64,000 nt of DNA, from positions 64,001-128,000 of the forward strand of contig CAWGVG010000027.1 of assembly GCA_963825865.1 (NCBI GenBank), written 5' to 3'. Source of the DNA: an uncultured Nitrososphaeraceae archaeon. Lineage in GTDB: Archaea; Thermoproteota; Nitrososphaeria; Nitrososphaerales; Nitrososphaeraceae. Of the stretch, positions 9,626 through 20,880 are shown piece by piece. How positions within the stretch are numbered: position 1 is the first letter of the stretch; each line of letters opens with the position of its first letter. Below the pieces are notes generated by a model, which made no database searches, was not told the DNA's origin, and saw only the letters and a program-made list of their open reading frames with translations. Both the position numbers and the translations under genes were made by a program.

Positions 9626-11771
9626 TCAATTGTTTATTGTAACTTCTATACTGTTAGTATGTTTTTCTTCTGATTCGATAGTTATTTCGTCATTTTGAAG
9701 ATAGTCGTTGGAGACACCATTTTTTTCATCAAAATCGTTTTTTGTTTCTGGCTCTTGCTGTTTTTGTGTAATTTTTCCAATATCAACAATTTCTATTGAA
9801 TCTTCACTAGCGATATTGTTACTATGCTGGAAGTAATCTTCGGGATTATTGTAATAAGCATCTACCAATTCGTCTACCGTAACCTCTTGCTCTTTATGAT
9901 TTTTTATTTGCGAAAAAATTGCATGTCTGTCTGAATATCTTAAAAGTGCCTGAATTTCAGAGGTTACATATTGTTTATCAGGATATAATGCAATATTTTC
10001 AACATTTATCCTTGATTGTTTAAATAAGTATTCGTTATTTTTTAGAACGAATAAATCCTTATTTTTCGAACTATCTTCTACTGCTGTTGTCGCTGGTACA
10101 ATAGCAAGAGGATAGAATATTTGTGTTCTTTTGTCTAATTCACTATCAATGCTATCGATATAGCCTTGGTTGACAAGATGATATACGTAGATATCGAGAA
10201 TCTGCTTCTTTGTATAGGATTTTCCGTATATTTCTAACGTCTTTTCGACGAGCTGCTGTGTAGTTAACGCTATTCTCTTTTCGCAAGTAGTGATTTCGTA
10301 CTCGTTTTGGCCTGTACCTTTTGATAGTGATTTTGGAATCTGGGCAATCCTTTTCTTGATATGCTTTTAGAAATACATCGTAGTACCATTCCAGAATATA
10401 TGGCCTTACGCCATTGGCATATTCCATCAGAAATATTGATTCACGTAAATCTTCAAACAATGCAAATAGGATTGTTTGTGGCACAGGATTGCCTTCGTTT
10501 CTAACTACAATCATAGGCCGTCTATCAATATTTATCAACGGAAGCAATGTCAAGAATGCACCAAACCTGTTGGCAGTTATCATATCAAATGCCTTCTCCT
10601 TTGAAAGTAATGGTTTTATCGATTCTCTAAATGGAACAAATACGCTATTCTTGCCAGGTTGTATTCTATCACAGACATAAAGCATTCTCTTCTTTATATC
10701 CTGAATAATTTCTCTAACCTTCTGTTTATCCTGGTCATTCACAATCTTTTCCTGATATGCAAAGTCAGGTAATCCAAACTTGTCAACTGTCAAGATCTAC
10801 AGCATCTACATATTTCTCCACTTTCATCTTTGGGTTTGTAATAATGAACCTTCTCTGGATTTCAGGCCATCTTTGGTAGCGACTGTAGTCTATAGCTTGA
10901 GCAAATATTACAGCAGGCCAGCCTCTTAGAACGTTGGTTTTAGTTTTGATGCCACTATGTTGGGAAGTATCAACGAATTCGTATTCAACCTCATACTTAT
11001 CATGAGATAGCAAAGGCATCAGAGCGTTGAATAACTCTGGCCTTGGAGTATCCAAAAATACCAAAATCTTATGTGATAAATCGATGAGTTTCTTGGCATC
11101 TTTCAATAAATCTTTCTTTTGTTTGGCTAGACTTTTAATTGATCTGGTTGCGACGAGCTTGTTTGAAGCTCTTGTCTATTAGTCTTGTTGCTTAATTTCG
11201 TCTCTTTATCTTCTATCTCTGAATCAATCTCTTCTAATCTGTTATTATAGATTCGTATTCACCTGATTTAGTATTCTTGACTACTAGTCCACCTTGCCTA
11301 TGGAATAACGCTTTATCAGTCATGCCAGCCAAAAACATTACATCCTGTTTAGGAAAATTATCTCCTACCTTGTGAATGACATAACTTTTGCCTTCTCCAG
11401 AAGGTGAGTTGATCGCCAGATTGATAGGATTATTAGTATAGGCACTTAGCATGGTATAACACAGTTGTTTTACCAGCCTGTCTTCTTGCCTTGCCTCCTT
11501 TAGGATTGTGTCAAAACAAAATTGTATGGATTAGGATTATTAATTTCATTTTTGATTTCGTCGTCGTCAAACTCACGGTTCATTTTCGACAGAACTCCTC
11601 ATCGTCGTCCATTTGCAATCGGAGTTTGAAAGATTTGTAAACGTTTGAATTTGCAAAATCTAATAACGCCTGGAGTCGGTCCGTGAATTCGACCTCCTGG
11701 ATTATTTTTTGAATCGACAGATCTTCAGATAAGTTTTTAATTTCCTTAGAATAGTTATCCATTAGAAACAC
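9626..11771 (-). CDS. Large P-loop ATPase, probable replication helicase/primase-associated protein; several frameshifts
   Basis: Walker A NLAINSPSGEGKS, hydrophobic ILVFLD strand, EIQRRF arginine-finger-like motif; five consecutive ORF pieces. Confidence 0.7.
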
Positions 11772-11857
11772 TGTGATTCCTTTGTCAATTGCATCTGGCT
11801 CTGGTTTCTTGGTGTGACTGCGCTTGTGTCTTGGGTTGGAATGGGGTTTGGCTTAGC

Positions 11858-12022
11858 TCACTTCTCCTTCTCACCCTTCTTCTGCTGTTCTTGATTACCA
11901 TGACTTGGATCTTTGCATTGTATGGAGACAGATTCCGTTAGGACATCCGTATAAAAACCTGGACATGGATCGCATAGGCATCTCGTAACTATGATGGTAG
12001 GAGGCTTCTGTTGGATGCTCAA
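11858..12022 (-). CDS. Small Cys/His protein (54 aa), absent from the ORF track
   Basis: TTG start next to the 12025 stop; RCLCDPCPGFY...IQCKDPSH. Confidence 0.5.
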   Translation of the reverse strand: MSIQQKPPTIIVTRCLCDPCPGFYTDVLTESVSIQCKDPSHGNQEQQKKGEKEK

Positions 12023-12024
12023 TA

Positions 12025-12213
12025 TTACTTAGCAGCCTCCTTTTTTTTAAAAATAGTTACAGTTGTTCTGCAGTGGGCACATGTCGCTATGTATGGATTG
12101 CTTCCAGCATAGTTCCAGGTCCATCCACACCTACGGCATGTTATTCGGCGAGCCTCTTTCTGAGGAATTATAACTACAACGTCTTGATCGTTTTCTGGAT
12201 GAAGTTTACACAT
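12025..12213 (-). CDS. Small zinc-ribbon protein
   Basis: CRRCGWTWNY...ATCAHCRTTV (two CxxC pairs). Confidence 0.7.
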   Translation of the reverse strand: MCKLHPENDQDVVVIIPQKEARRITCRRCGWTWNYAGSNPYIATCAHCRTTVTIFKKKEAAK

Positions 12214-12255
12214 TAACAGTAGTTAAGAGATATATGAAAGAAAACAACTATTGTT

Positions 12256-12862
12256 TTGTCCCCTAAATTGCTGTTACGGTTAAGGAACAAAGAGAAAAAT
12301 CTTGGCTTTCCATGTCCTAGATGTGGTAGGGATTTTGGAAGACTAAAGATAATGAAAGAAAAGAGAAAAGGTAGAGCCAAATTAGATCGAATGCAATTAC
12401 CCACTAAAAAACTGGTTGTTGAATATGATGACAGAGGTAATCGTATACGAAGAGTCAGTGGATATTCAAAGAAATATTCATCCCTACAAACACATAAGCG
12501 TCCTTTCTCATTTCGCCAATTTTTGGCACAAAGGGCATGATATATTTCCTGCTAATCCACCTATAAATCCACCACGACGATCGCCAGTATCAGATAACGA
12601 TAGATCTCCTGCAGAAAAAAAACTGATAGAGTCAATGGATCAAAACGTTAAGGCTGTTTCTCTTATAGTCAAGATGTTGCCTGCAATAGCGGAAAAGTAT
12701 CCTTGGGTCAATATACTTGCTGAAGAATGCATACCTCACGTCAACTTCATGACAGACTACTGGCAATCTGCGGTTGATAACAGGTATAGCAGAAGTATGG
12801 TAGAGTGGTATCATATAGCAAAATACGCAGAAGAAAAGAGTGTAATTGGTTCAATATACTAG
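12256..12862 (+). CDS. Hypothetical protein with N-terminal CxxC; frameshifted and probably 3'-truncated
   Basis: ORFs 12256..12540 (FPCPRCG) and 12416..12862; ends within the integrase junction. Confidence 0.5.
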
Positions 12863-13925
12863 ATTTTAGTTTCATAGATTTCTCTGTTAAAGCAGAATGC
12901 CTTCTAATGTAAGGATTAAATGGCTTGGTAAGTAGGTTCTTTATCTTATCTTTGTCTTCATTCGGGACCGTTGGATCTTCCAAAAGCTTAAGGAAAAATT
13001 CTTCCTTATAATACTGATATACCTGGTATAAGCCATTAATCGTAAGTTGTCTTCTACCCATGTTTTGCCTGCCTAAACCTACAAAAAGAGGTGAATTTGG
13101 ATTATTTCTACTAGGATGATTTGATAGCCATTCTTTGATATATGGAATGGATTGAATTAAAGGTATATGCCTGCTACCTGTTTTTCCATTAACCAGAACT
13201 TCTGCGTATTGACTACCGTTAGCGTTTTTAAATACAACATCTTTTATCTTTAGGTTAAGTATTTCATGTGGACGTGCTGATAAGTCTCTGGCCATTGTAT
13301 GATAACATCTATCCCGTTTGTTTGTAACCCACTTCAGAAATAATGAATCGTCTTCCTGTGTCCATAAATCAGATGGCTTGTAGCAGCTTACCTCTTTTCT
13401 CTTTAGCTGAGGAATGTCCATAATGCATTCTGGTTTTCTCTCTTGTATAGATAATTCATTTCTTTTATCAGGATTGGCAACATCAGGATATTGTATCCAT
13501 CTGAAGAATCTAAATAATATGATACGTCTTGTATTATAACTTCCTATCCATTTATGCAATGGGTCATCATTCTCTAGTTTACGGCATTTATCTAAATATA
13601 GTAAAATATCATCTCTTGTCATAATTTTGAACTTCTTTGCAATTCCAAGAGTTTTGGATAATTCAGACAAAAACTGGATTGTAGTTCTTATGGTAGTGAG
13701 TCTAGGATTAATCTCTCTTTTCATTGCTATAATATAATCACAAACTGTCATAGCATTTTCTTTAGATAATCTATACCTATCCTTTAGGATTAATTCGCAA
13801 AACTTGTTAGTAGTAAAACCTTCAGTTGCTAAAGTAATCTTTCTATCCAATTCAATGGAAGTTTCTTCATTCTTGGAAGATGATGCTAATATTTCTACTA
13901 CTGCTTTGTTTGAACGTCTAGACAT
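12747..13925 (-). pseudogene. Tyrosine recombinase/integrase truncated before the catalytic His/Trp and Tyr
   Basis: SARPHEILNLKIKDV, GKTGSRHIPL and PYIRRHSALT are present; after SILNQ (~12845) the expected HxGW...Y is replaced by the antisense of the neighbouring ORF. Confidence 0.8.
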
Positions 13926-14059
13926 AATGACATATGATGTGTAAGGGATTTGTTAATTAATACTTTCTATGAGACAATATAATAGCAAAGAATATTCTAC
14001 TACATTGGACTTGATGCTCATACATACTGCTGCTATCTAGAAAAGGATGAAGAAATATC

Positions 14060-14180
14060 TTTAATGTTTCTTTACTTGTACCTCTATCATGAGTTCCATA
14101 ACCTTTGGCATGATAATGTGGGGCTATAGCATCTGCTTTTTCGTTTCTATTTCTTCTATCTTGTTATGAATATCAGTTCC
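14060..14180 (-). pseudogene. Possible remnant of an integrase C-terminal coiled-coil tail
   Basis: GTDIHNKIEEIETKK...DAIAH...VMELMIEVQ across shifted frames. Confidence 0.25.
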
Positions 14181-14528
14181 TTTGCGTTCTAAGGAGCCTT
14201 TTTATAAATGCATTGTGTTAATTGATTTTTATGCTAGATTAATTAGTATATTGTTATACTTTAATATCCATTATATCTTTTATTTGTAACCCATTATTGC
14301 AGTTTCGACATCGACATGGTTTGAGCTTGATAATATCTATATTGTATAAATTTGTGCTTTGGTATGCATTAGACAATGGTACAGCAATGTATTGTTTCAA
14401 TTGTCTCACATACACTAGAAATATTCGGTTAAGAATCATAGGCTTGATGGTTCAAAATAAAATATCACGTAGCAGTGCATAAATAATGTATATATTTAAT
14501 AACAGTTTTGTATTACGGTAGGCAGTAA

Positions 14529-15803
14529 GTGCAGCAATTCAATCAAAGCGAACGTTTGAAATCATATAAAAAGGAAACAACTATGTCTATTATAATTCCC
14601 ACATACAACGAATCTGAAAATATATCGAAACTGATAGAAGCAATAAAGGATAATCTACCATATGATATCTTTACTGAAATAATAGTAGTGGATGACAATT
14701 CTCCTGATGGAACTGGCAGAATAGTTGAGAATTATGTACAGGATGTGGTTAGCATAAAAAATAGATCAATTCGCCGCCACTACTCAGAAAATAATCTCAA
14801 AAGTGATGATAATATTGGAAACTGTTTGATTAAAGTTATTCATAGACCAAATAAGAGAGGCCTCATCTCTGCTATTTTACAAGGAATCGAATCTTCCACA
14901 GGTCAGAATATATTGATTATGGATGCAGACTTTTCTCATCCGCCAGAAACCATACCGCGGTTAATAGATGAATTATTGCAGGATCCCAATTGTATAGTTA
15001 TCGCTTCGCGTTATATTAGTGGTGGATCAATAATGGGTTGGCCATATAAACGACGAATACTTAGCAGTGGTGCAGCCAAGATTGCAAGACATAGTTTGAA
15101 GGTGTGCAATGTTAAGGATCCGATGTCCGGCTTCTTTGCACTTCCACGTCATGTGATTAAAAATATCCATTTCAACACTAGGGGGTATAAACTACTGCTA
15201 GAATTACTAGTTAAGGTAAATGAAAGTATAAGGGTAAAAGAAATTCCATATACCTTTACTGATAGAAAATCTGGAGAGAGTAAGCTCGATTTCAATGTAG
15301 TATTTGATTATGCTAAGTCGGTCTGGTATCTTTACAGATATGGACGAAAATCAAACAAAGGAATCATACAAAACAAAGAAGCGAAGCGTAACTCCGTGCT
15401 GTTCATATCTAAAGCAGGTAGATTTTTCACAGTGGGGGCAAGCGGCTTGCTATTAAATTATTTAGTATCATTCCTGCTATCAAATGGGATATTAGCAAGC
15501 CTTTGGTATCTGGAAGCTACTATGATTGGAATACTTTGTTCAATAACTTCAAACTTTTTCCTAAATAAAGCATGGACTTTTGAAGATAGAAAGTTCTCCG
15601 CTAACCATACATTAAAACAGTTTGGACTATTTGTTGGCATGAGTTCGATTGGTGCAGTATTACAATTAGCAATAGTGTATTTATTAGTACGCTCAGGAGG
15701 CATAACATATGAGTTTTCATTAATTCTAGCGGTTGCTATTGCATCTGTAAGCAACTTTTTGCTTAATAAAAAATGGACATTTCGAGAGAAAATATGGGGT
15801 TAA
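14529..15803 (+). CDS. GT2 dolichol-phosphate mannosyltransferase-like protein with C-terminal GtrA domain
   Basis: SIIIPTYNE, VVDDNSPDGT, MDADFSHPP, DPMSGFF, RKSGESKL; GtrA helices ending NFLLNKKWTF. Confidence 0.92.
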   Translation: MQQFNQSERLKSYKKETTMSIIIPTYNESENISKLIEAIKDNLPYDIFTEIIVVDDNSPDGTGRIVENYVQDVVSIKNRSIRRHYSENNLKSDDNIGNCLIKVIHRPNKRGLISAILQGIESSTGQNILIMDADFSHPPETIPRLIDELLQDPNCIVIASRYISGGSIMGWPYKRRILSSGAAKIARHSLKVCNVKDPMSGFFALPRHVIKNIHFNTRGYKLLLELLVKVNESIRVKEIPYTFTDRKSGESKLDFNVVFDYAKSVWYLYRYGRKSNKGIIQNKEAKRNSVLFISKAGRFFTVGASGLLLNYLVSFLLSNGILASLWYLEATMIGILCSITSNFFLNKAWTFEDRKFSANHTLKQFGLFVGMSSIGAVLQLAIVYLLVRSGGITYEFSLILAVAIASVSNFLLNKKWTFREKIWG

Positions 15804-16561
15804 ATCTTGGAGTCGTATTGTTGCACTAACAAAATAAACTAAGGAAAACTTAAGTTGGTAAAACTGATTTTGTAACTTGGAGGATCAGATAATAATCCAA
15901 TAGAAGCTATCAACATAAACATATGGTCTTCATAAATATGAAGAGTATTCAAAGAAATGAGGCCAGAAGAGTAATATTTTTGTTTTATCTATATCGTACA
16001 TAATGATTATCTGCTCTAAAAAGAATCTAATACAGTTTCTCCAAATGCATTATATGAGGCTTCTTTTTACTGCAGAAAAGCGTTATACAAGTCATACTAT
16101 TCTAAGACTGGATTAAATTCCATTGGTTGAAATACTTTTGTATTTAAAGGTCAAATAAAAGCCCAAAGAAAGTTTGCATATAAAACATTTTCTTTGAAAT
16201 ATGGAGAAAGGAAAAAGCTCTATTATCTACCGAGGTTGAAACAGGATCAGGGGCATTGTTTTTGTAGAAGATATTTGTAGAAACAAATATCCTGGCTATG
16301 AACTCGATAGGGGATTTACATTATTGGTACAGGAAGCCGTATCATTTAACAAAAATGTTGGAACCAATAATAAATATATAAAAACTGATATAGGCCTCAC
16401 TTATCTTGAGAGCCATATCGAAAACGTTTCTTAATTGAATCTATCACTTAATGAGGAACAGTTACTGTTTATTTTGAATTTATACCATCATTTTCGATAT
16501 TATATATAGAAGTTGATTAGTAGATCAGCTTTTTATATTTCAATAGTGGTTTCCAGTTAAA

Positions 16562-16771
16562 ATGGGTAGAGTAGATAAAGGTGTAAATTGTAGTGTTCAA
16601 GGCTGTGAAAAGACGGCAGAACGATCAATGAGTGGAAGTAAAGTAAGTATGGCAACGGATTTGGTCATTGATTCTTCCAATAGAAGAGTATATTTATGTA
16701 GAGAACACTACAAAGAATGGAAAAAAGCTACCAAAGAAGATCGCGAAAACGAGCGAGCTCGCTGGAGTTGA
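16562..16771 (+). CDS. Small conserved zinc-binding protein
   Basis: CSVQGC...YLCREHYKEWKK. Confidence 0.75.
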   Translation: MGRVDKGVNCSVQGCEKTAERSMSGSKVSMATDLVIDSSNRRVYLCREHYKEWKKATKEDRENERARWS

Positions 16772-17213
16772 TATAATAATTTTTTTCTACCTACATATCC
16801 GGATAATACACAGATATATTTAGTAGGAGATGGAAAGACGTCGTTTTATAGCATGATATTGTTACGTAGAAAGTTAGATCGCTTGGCCTAGAATCTAGGA
16901 ATTTTTATAACATTCAGCGCTAACTAGAGCAAGCAACAGCGTGATTCACGACTGCTATAAAAGCTCTTTCTAGGCTGTCTTTTTTTGCGGCCATAGTTTT
17001 GTAATGATGAGTAGACCATTACTCTTTCTCGAGACGTTGAACAACATATTGGGTTGCACATGTCAGTAAGACCTGGTGATTTTTATTATTATTATGTAAA
17101 CTTTTTTTTACATGAAATGAGAGAATGTATTTCCACATCCTCATAAGAACGATTGGCAAATTCAGAAACCTTTAATTCGGCTTGGCAGATACATCTGTGT
17201 CCAGTAAATAAAT

Positions 17214-19103
17214 ATGCGTCTTCTCCAATTACATTCAGATTTTATAGAGTATGAACCTATATCTAAGGAGATTAACTATGCAGAGGAAAATGTATCTAAA
17301 TCCAAAGTTCGATTGGAAGACCTTGTTGTTACACTTATTGCAGTAGAAGATGATGATGACGAAAGTATTGCAAAGATTGCAGCTGACGAAATTAAAAAAT
17401 ATCTTGATATTGTAAAAAGCAAGAGATTACTGATTTATCCATATGCACACCTCAGCTCCAATCTTGCTTCTCCGATGACTGCCGCTGAAATTATAAAGTC
17501 AGTCGAGAGAATTGCAAAAGAGTCATTGAGTGACGTTCATAGAGCACCTTTTGGATGGACCAAGGCTTTTGATATTAAGGTTAAAGGACACCCGTTGGCA
17601 GAAAATGCCAAAGTATTAACAAAGCAATATTCTTCTTCTTCTACTACTACCAAATCCGAAGAGGGAGTGTCCTTAGCTCTAAAGGCGGAAGAAAAATTAC
17701 AATCATTCTGGTATATTTTGCAGCCGGGAGGAAAACTGACTCCTATAAATGAATATAAATTCAAAAATCACGAAGAGAATTTACATACTCTAGCAAATTA
17801 TGAAATTACAAAGAAGAGGGTAGTGGATGAAGAGCCACCACATGTTAGATTAATGAAAAAGATGGCGATAGCAGATTATGAACCTGCATCTGATGTTGGA
17901 AACATGCGCTTCTATCCAAAAGGTAGATTGATGAAATCACTTATTGAACAATATGTTACTAAACGGGTGATGGAATACGGTGGTATCGAGGTTGAGACAC
18001 CAATAATGTATGATTCTAAACATCCATCTATGGAAAGTTACTTTAACCGATTTCCAGCCCGACAATATAATATACTTTCAGATAGCAAACAACTTTTTTT
18101 GAGATTTGCCGCTTGTTTTGGACAGTTTTTAATGGCCAAAGACTTTCAGATATCATATAAACATTTACCTTTAAAGTTGTACGAGCTTACTCGCTATAGT
18201 TTTAGAAGGGAGAAAAGTGGAGAACTAGTTGGTCTGCGACGCCTTAGAGCATTTAGTATGCCTGATTGCCATGCTATGTGTAGAGACCTGGACCAGGCAA
18301 AGGATGAATTTCTTAAGAGATTTGATTTATCTTTTAGTGTAATTAATGAACTTGGATTATCTACTAAAGCAGATATTGAGATGGCGATAAGGTTTACTGA
18401 GGACTTTTACAATGAGAATAAGGACTTTGTAAATGAACTCGTTAGCAGATTTGGAAGAACTGTGATAGTCGAAATGTGGAAGGAGCGTTTCTTTTACTTT
18501 ACGGTCAAGTGGGAGTTCAATTTCGTTGATAATTTGAATAAGGCCTCGGCACTTTCCACCGACCAAATAGATGTTGAAAACGGTAAACGTTATAATATTG
18601 AATTTGTTGATGAAGATGGCAATAAAAAGAATCCTATCATATTACACAACTCACCTAGCGGTGCAATAGAACGTGTAATATATGCACTACTGGAAAAATG
18701 TGCTAAAACCTCGAAATCTGGTGGAATACCCTCGTTCCCTCTATGGCTTGTGCATACTCAGGTCCGGCTAATTTCTGTTGGCAAGCAACATATAGACATT
18801 TGCGAAAAAATAGCGACAGATCTTTCAAGTAATCAGATTAGGACAGACATAGATGATAGAGATGAATCTGTTGCAAAAAAAATCAGAGATTCAGAGACCG
18901 AGTGGATTCGTTATACCATTGTAATCGGTGACAAGGAAATACATAGTGAAAAATTTGTAATTCGTGATAGAAATGAAGGCAAGCAACGTGAAATTAAATT
19001 GCAAGAACTTGTTAATGAGATAAATACCCAGACAAAAGGCAAACCGTATCTGCCATTAAACCTTCCAAGATGTCTCTCAAACAGGCCACAAATTATGGTC
19101 TAG
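17214..19103 (+). CDS. thrS: Threonyl-tRNA synthetase, archaeal type
   Basis: Editing domain MRLLQLHSD...YPYAHLSS...APFGW; LRFAACFG; FRREKSGE; ILHNSPSGAIER; anticodon domain. Confidence 0.97.
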   Translation: MRLLQLHSDFIEYEPISKEINYAEENVSKSKVRLEDLVVTLIAVEDDDDESIAKIAADEIKKYLDIVKSKRLLIYPYAHLSSNLASPMTAAEIIKSVERIAKESLSDVHRAPFGWTKAFDIKVKGHPLAENAKVLTKQYSSSSTTTKSEEGVSLALKAEEKLQSFWYILQPGGKLTPINEYKFKNHEENLHTLANYEITKKRVVDEEPPHVRLMKKMAIADYEPASDVGNMRFYPKGRLMKSLIEQYVTKRVMEYGGIEVETPIMYDSKHPSMESYFNRFPARQYNILSDSKQLFLRFAACFGQFLMAKDFQISYKHLPLKLYELTRYSFRREKSGELVGLRRLRAFSMPDCHAMCRDLDQAKDEFLKRFDLSFSVINELGLSTKADIEMAIRFTEDFYNENKDFVNELVSRFGRTVIVEMWKERFFYFTVKWEFNFVDNLNKASALSTDQIDVENGKRYNIEFVDEDGNKKNPIILHNSPSGAIERVIYALLEKCAKTSKSGGIPSFPLWLVHTQVRLISVGKQHIDICEKIATDLSSNQIRTDIDDRDESVAKKIRDSETEWIRYTIVIGDKEIHSEKFVIRDRNEGKQREIKLQELVNEINTQTKGKPYLPLNLPRCLSNRPQIMV

Positions 19104-19720
19104 ACCTACTAATCTTTTTGGTTTACGGAGTTTTTTCTTAGCTTGTTTGACATTATTGGAAAGCGAATAAAGAGTAATGAATGATTATGGAATATCCATG
19201 ATTACAGACAGGTACATTATCGCCAGCACTATGGAAAAGATAAAAGAGATAATGCAGCTATCATAGAAGTTTGATATATATTTACAGAACAACAAATGCA
19301 AATATTATTTAATCAGCATTGTGAAAACTAGTAAAGGTGTCAATTGTTTTATTATTATTATTAATTCTTTAATGATACCAGTATGTGCATCCTTAGAATT
19401 ATAGTAAAAAATTTCCTGTTATTACCTATACTAGCGTGATACTAAATTAATACATATTGTTATCCTTATCTATCGTGTTCTAATAAGGAGCGATTGCTAG
19501 ACACAATCTATTGTGTATCTATAATGTTTGTGAACTAACTAAAACGATAATAACGATTCTTCATTAATATTGGATTCAAACTATGCCGATGAATACTACG
19601 CATATGTTTGACTTGGTGTAACTAATTGTAAAAGGGAAGACGCTGTTAAAATAAACATCAATTGGTAATATGATGTTTCGTTACCTGCAGTATCATGCTG
19701 TTAGTAATTGTTAATATGTT

Positions 19721-20701
19721 TTATATGTAATCACGGGATAGTATTCTGAACAAAGTTTGCGTTGCGAGAGTGCCTTCTCTATAGTCATCATTTCTTAGAG
19801 CTACCTCTACAATATCCAATCCTATCAGTTTTGCAGACGTGTCTATACTTTTAAGGATCTGTAAAACTTCAAAAGGATTCAATCCAAATGGTTCTGGAGT
19901 TCCTGTGCATGGCACGTAAGGCAAATCATATACATCTATGTCAAATGATATGTAGATCTTTTTATTTGACGTTGCTTTTCTTAGATATTTTAATAGATTA
20001 TCAATGCTATTATGTATATTCCAAGCGTTAAACGTTACAACCCCATTCCTTTCTGCAACCATGTTTTCTTCCTTATCACTCTGCCGTATCCCAATTTGGA
20101 TTATGTTCTTGCCTGGGATATGACCTTCGTTTATTATATGATAAAATGGAGTCGTATGACACATCTTCATACCGTTATACTGAGATTTCATATCTCTGTG
20201 GGCATCGAAATGAATTATAATTGGTTTTTCTTTGGCTAGCGCTTTCATGGCATAATAGGACAAAGTATGTTCTCCTCCCATCATTACTGGCAGTTTGTTG
20301 GCTTCATATAATGTGGAAGTTATTTTAGGAATCATCTTGTCAAGAAAGGACAATATAAAAGTAGTAGTAGCAGCTGTATTGCTTCTCTGCTCTTTTTCTT
20401 GTTCTATTGGTGTAGGAATTTTTAAATCTCCAAGGTCGTACAATTTGGCTCTTTCATAGATGTCTATTTTTTCATCTAAAACAAAAGTTTCAACCTGGCA
20501 TGCCGAAGTTAATCTAATCGCTTCCGGTCCTCTTACGGTTCCTTTTCCAAAACTTGTCGTAATATCTACTGGAATACCATAAATTACGACATTTGATTCG
20601 TAAAATGAAACTTTGACAGGGATGTCTGCAAAACTATATCCTGCCTTTGTTTTTTCAGGAACAGTGAACAGAGGTTCAAGAAAGTCAAGATCGGTTTTCA
20701 A
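19721..20701 (-). CDS. speB: Agmatinase / arginase-family ureohydrolase
   Basis: GPEAIR, GGEH, HFDAHRD, SFDIDVYD, TGTPEPFG. Confidence 0.88.
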   Translation of the reverse strand: MKTDLDFLEPLFTVPEKTKAGYSFADIPVKVSFYESNVVIYGIPVDITTSFGKGTVRGPEAIRLTSACQVETFVLDEKIDIYERAKLYDLGDLKIPTPIEQEKEQRSNTAATTTFILSFLDKMIPKITSTLYEANKLPVMMGGEHTLSYYAMKALAKEKPIIIHFDAHRDMKSQYNGMKMCHTTPFYHIINEGHIPGKNIIQIGIRQSDKEENMVAERNGVVTFNAWNIHNSIDNLLKYLRKATSNKKIYISFDIDVYDLPYVPCTGTPEPFGLNPFEVLQILKSIDTSAKLIGLDIVEVALRNDDYREGTLATQTLFRILSRDYI

Positions 20702-20880
20702 TAACGATGAAAGGATAAAGCGTGATACAGATTAAATGCTTTTGATTTAACAAAACTTGCTCATTTGCCATCATCTGGCTGGCTGGCTAACTAGGAAATG
20801 ACTTTATGAAAAATTTCTTTATCAATAACCTGTTAGTTGCAAAAAAAACTTCCAAGAACAACAACAACAACAACATACCA

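Larger units (their letters stand above)
1..13925. mobile_element. Right-hand part of an integrated mobile element (cryptic integrated element or defective provirus); left end lies outside the window
   Basis: Terminal tyrosine integrase, small Zn-finger ORFs, P-loop ATPase, SSB-like and ParB-like genes, mostly on the minus strand; no housekeeping genes until 14529. No att repeat or tRNA seen, so the boundary is approximate. Confidence 0.75.

Noticed and set aside
2330-13925. Archaeal integron
   Set aside because: No attC-type GTT/AAC-bounded inverted repeats were seen between genes, and the integrase shows no recognisable IntI features.
13926-14528. tRNA or att site beside the integrase
   Set aside because: No cloverleaf or direct repeat could be found by eye.
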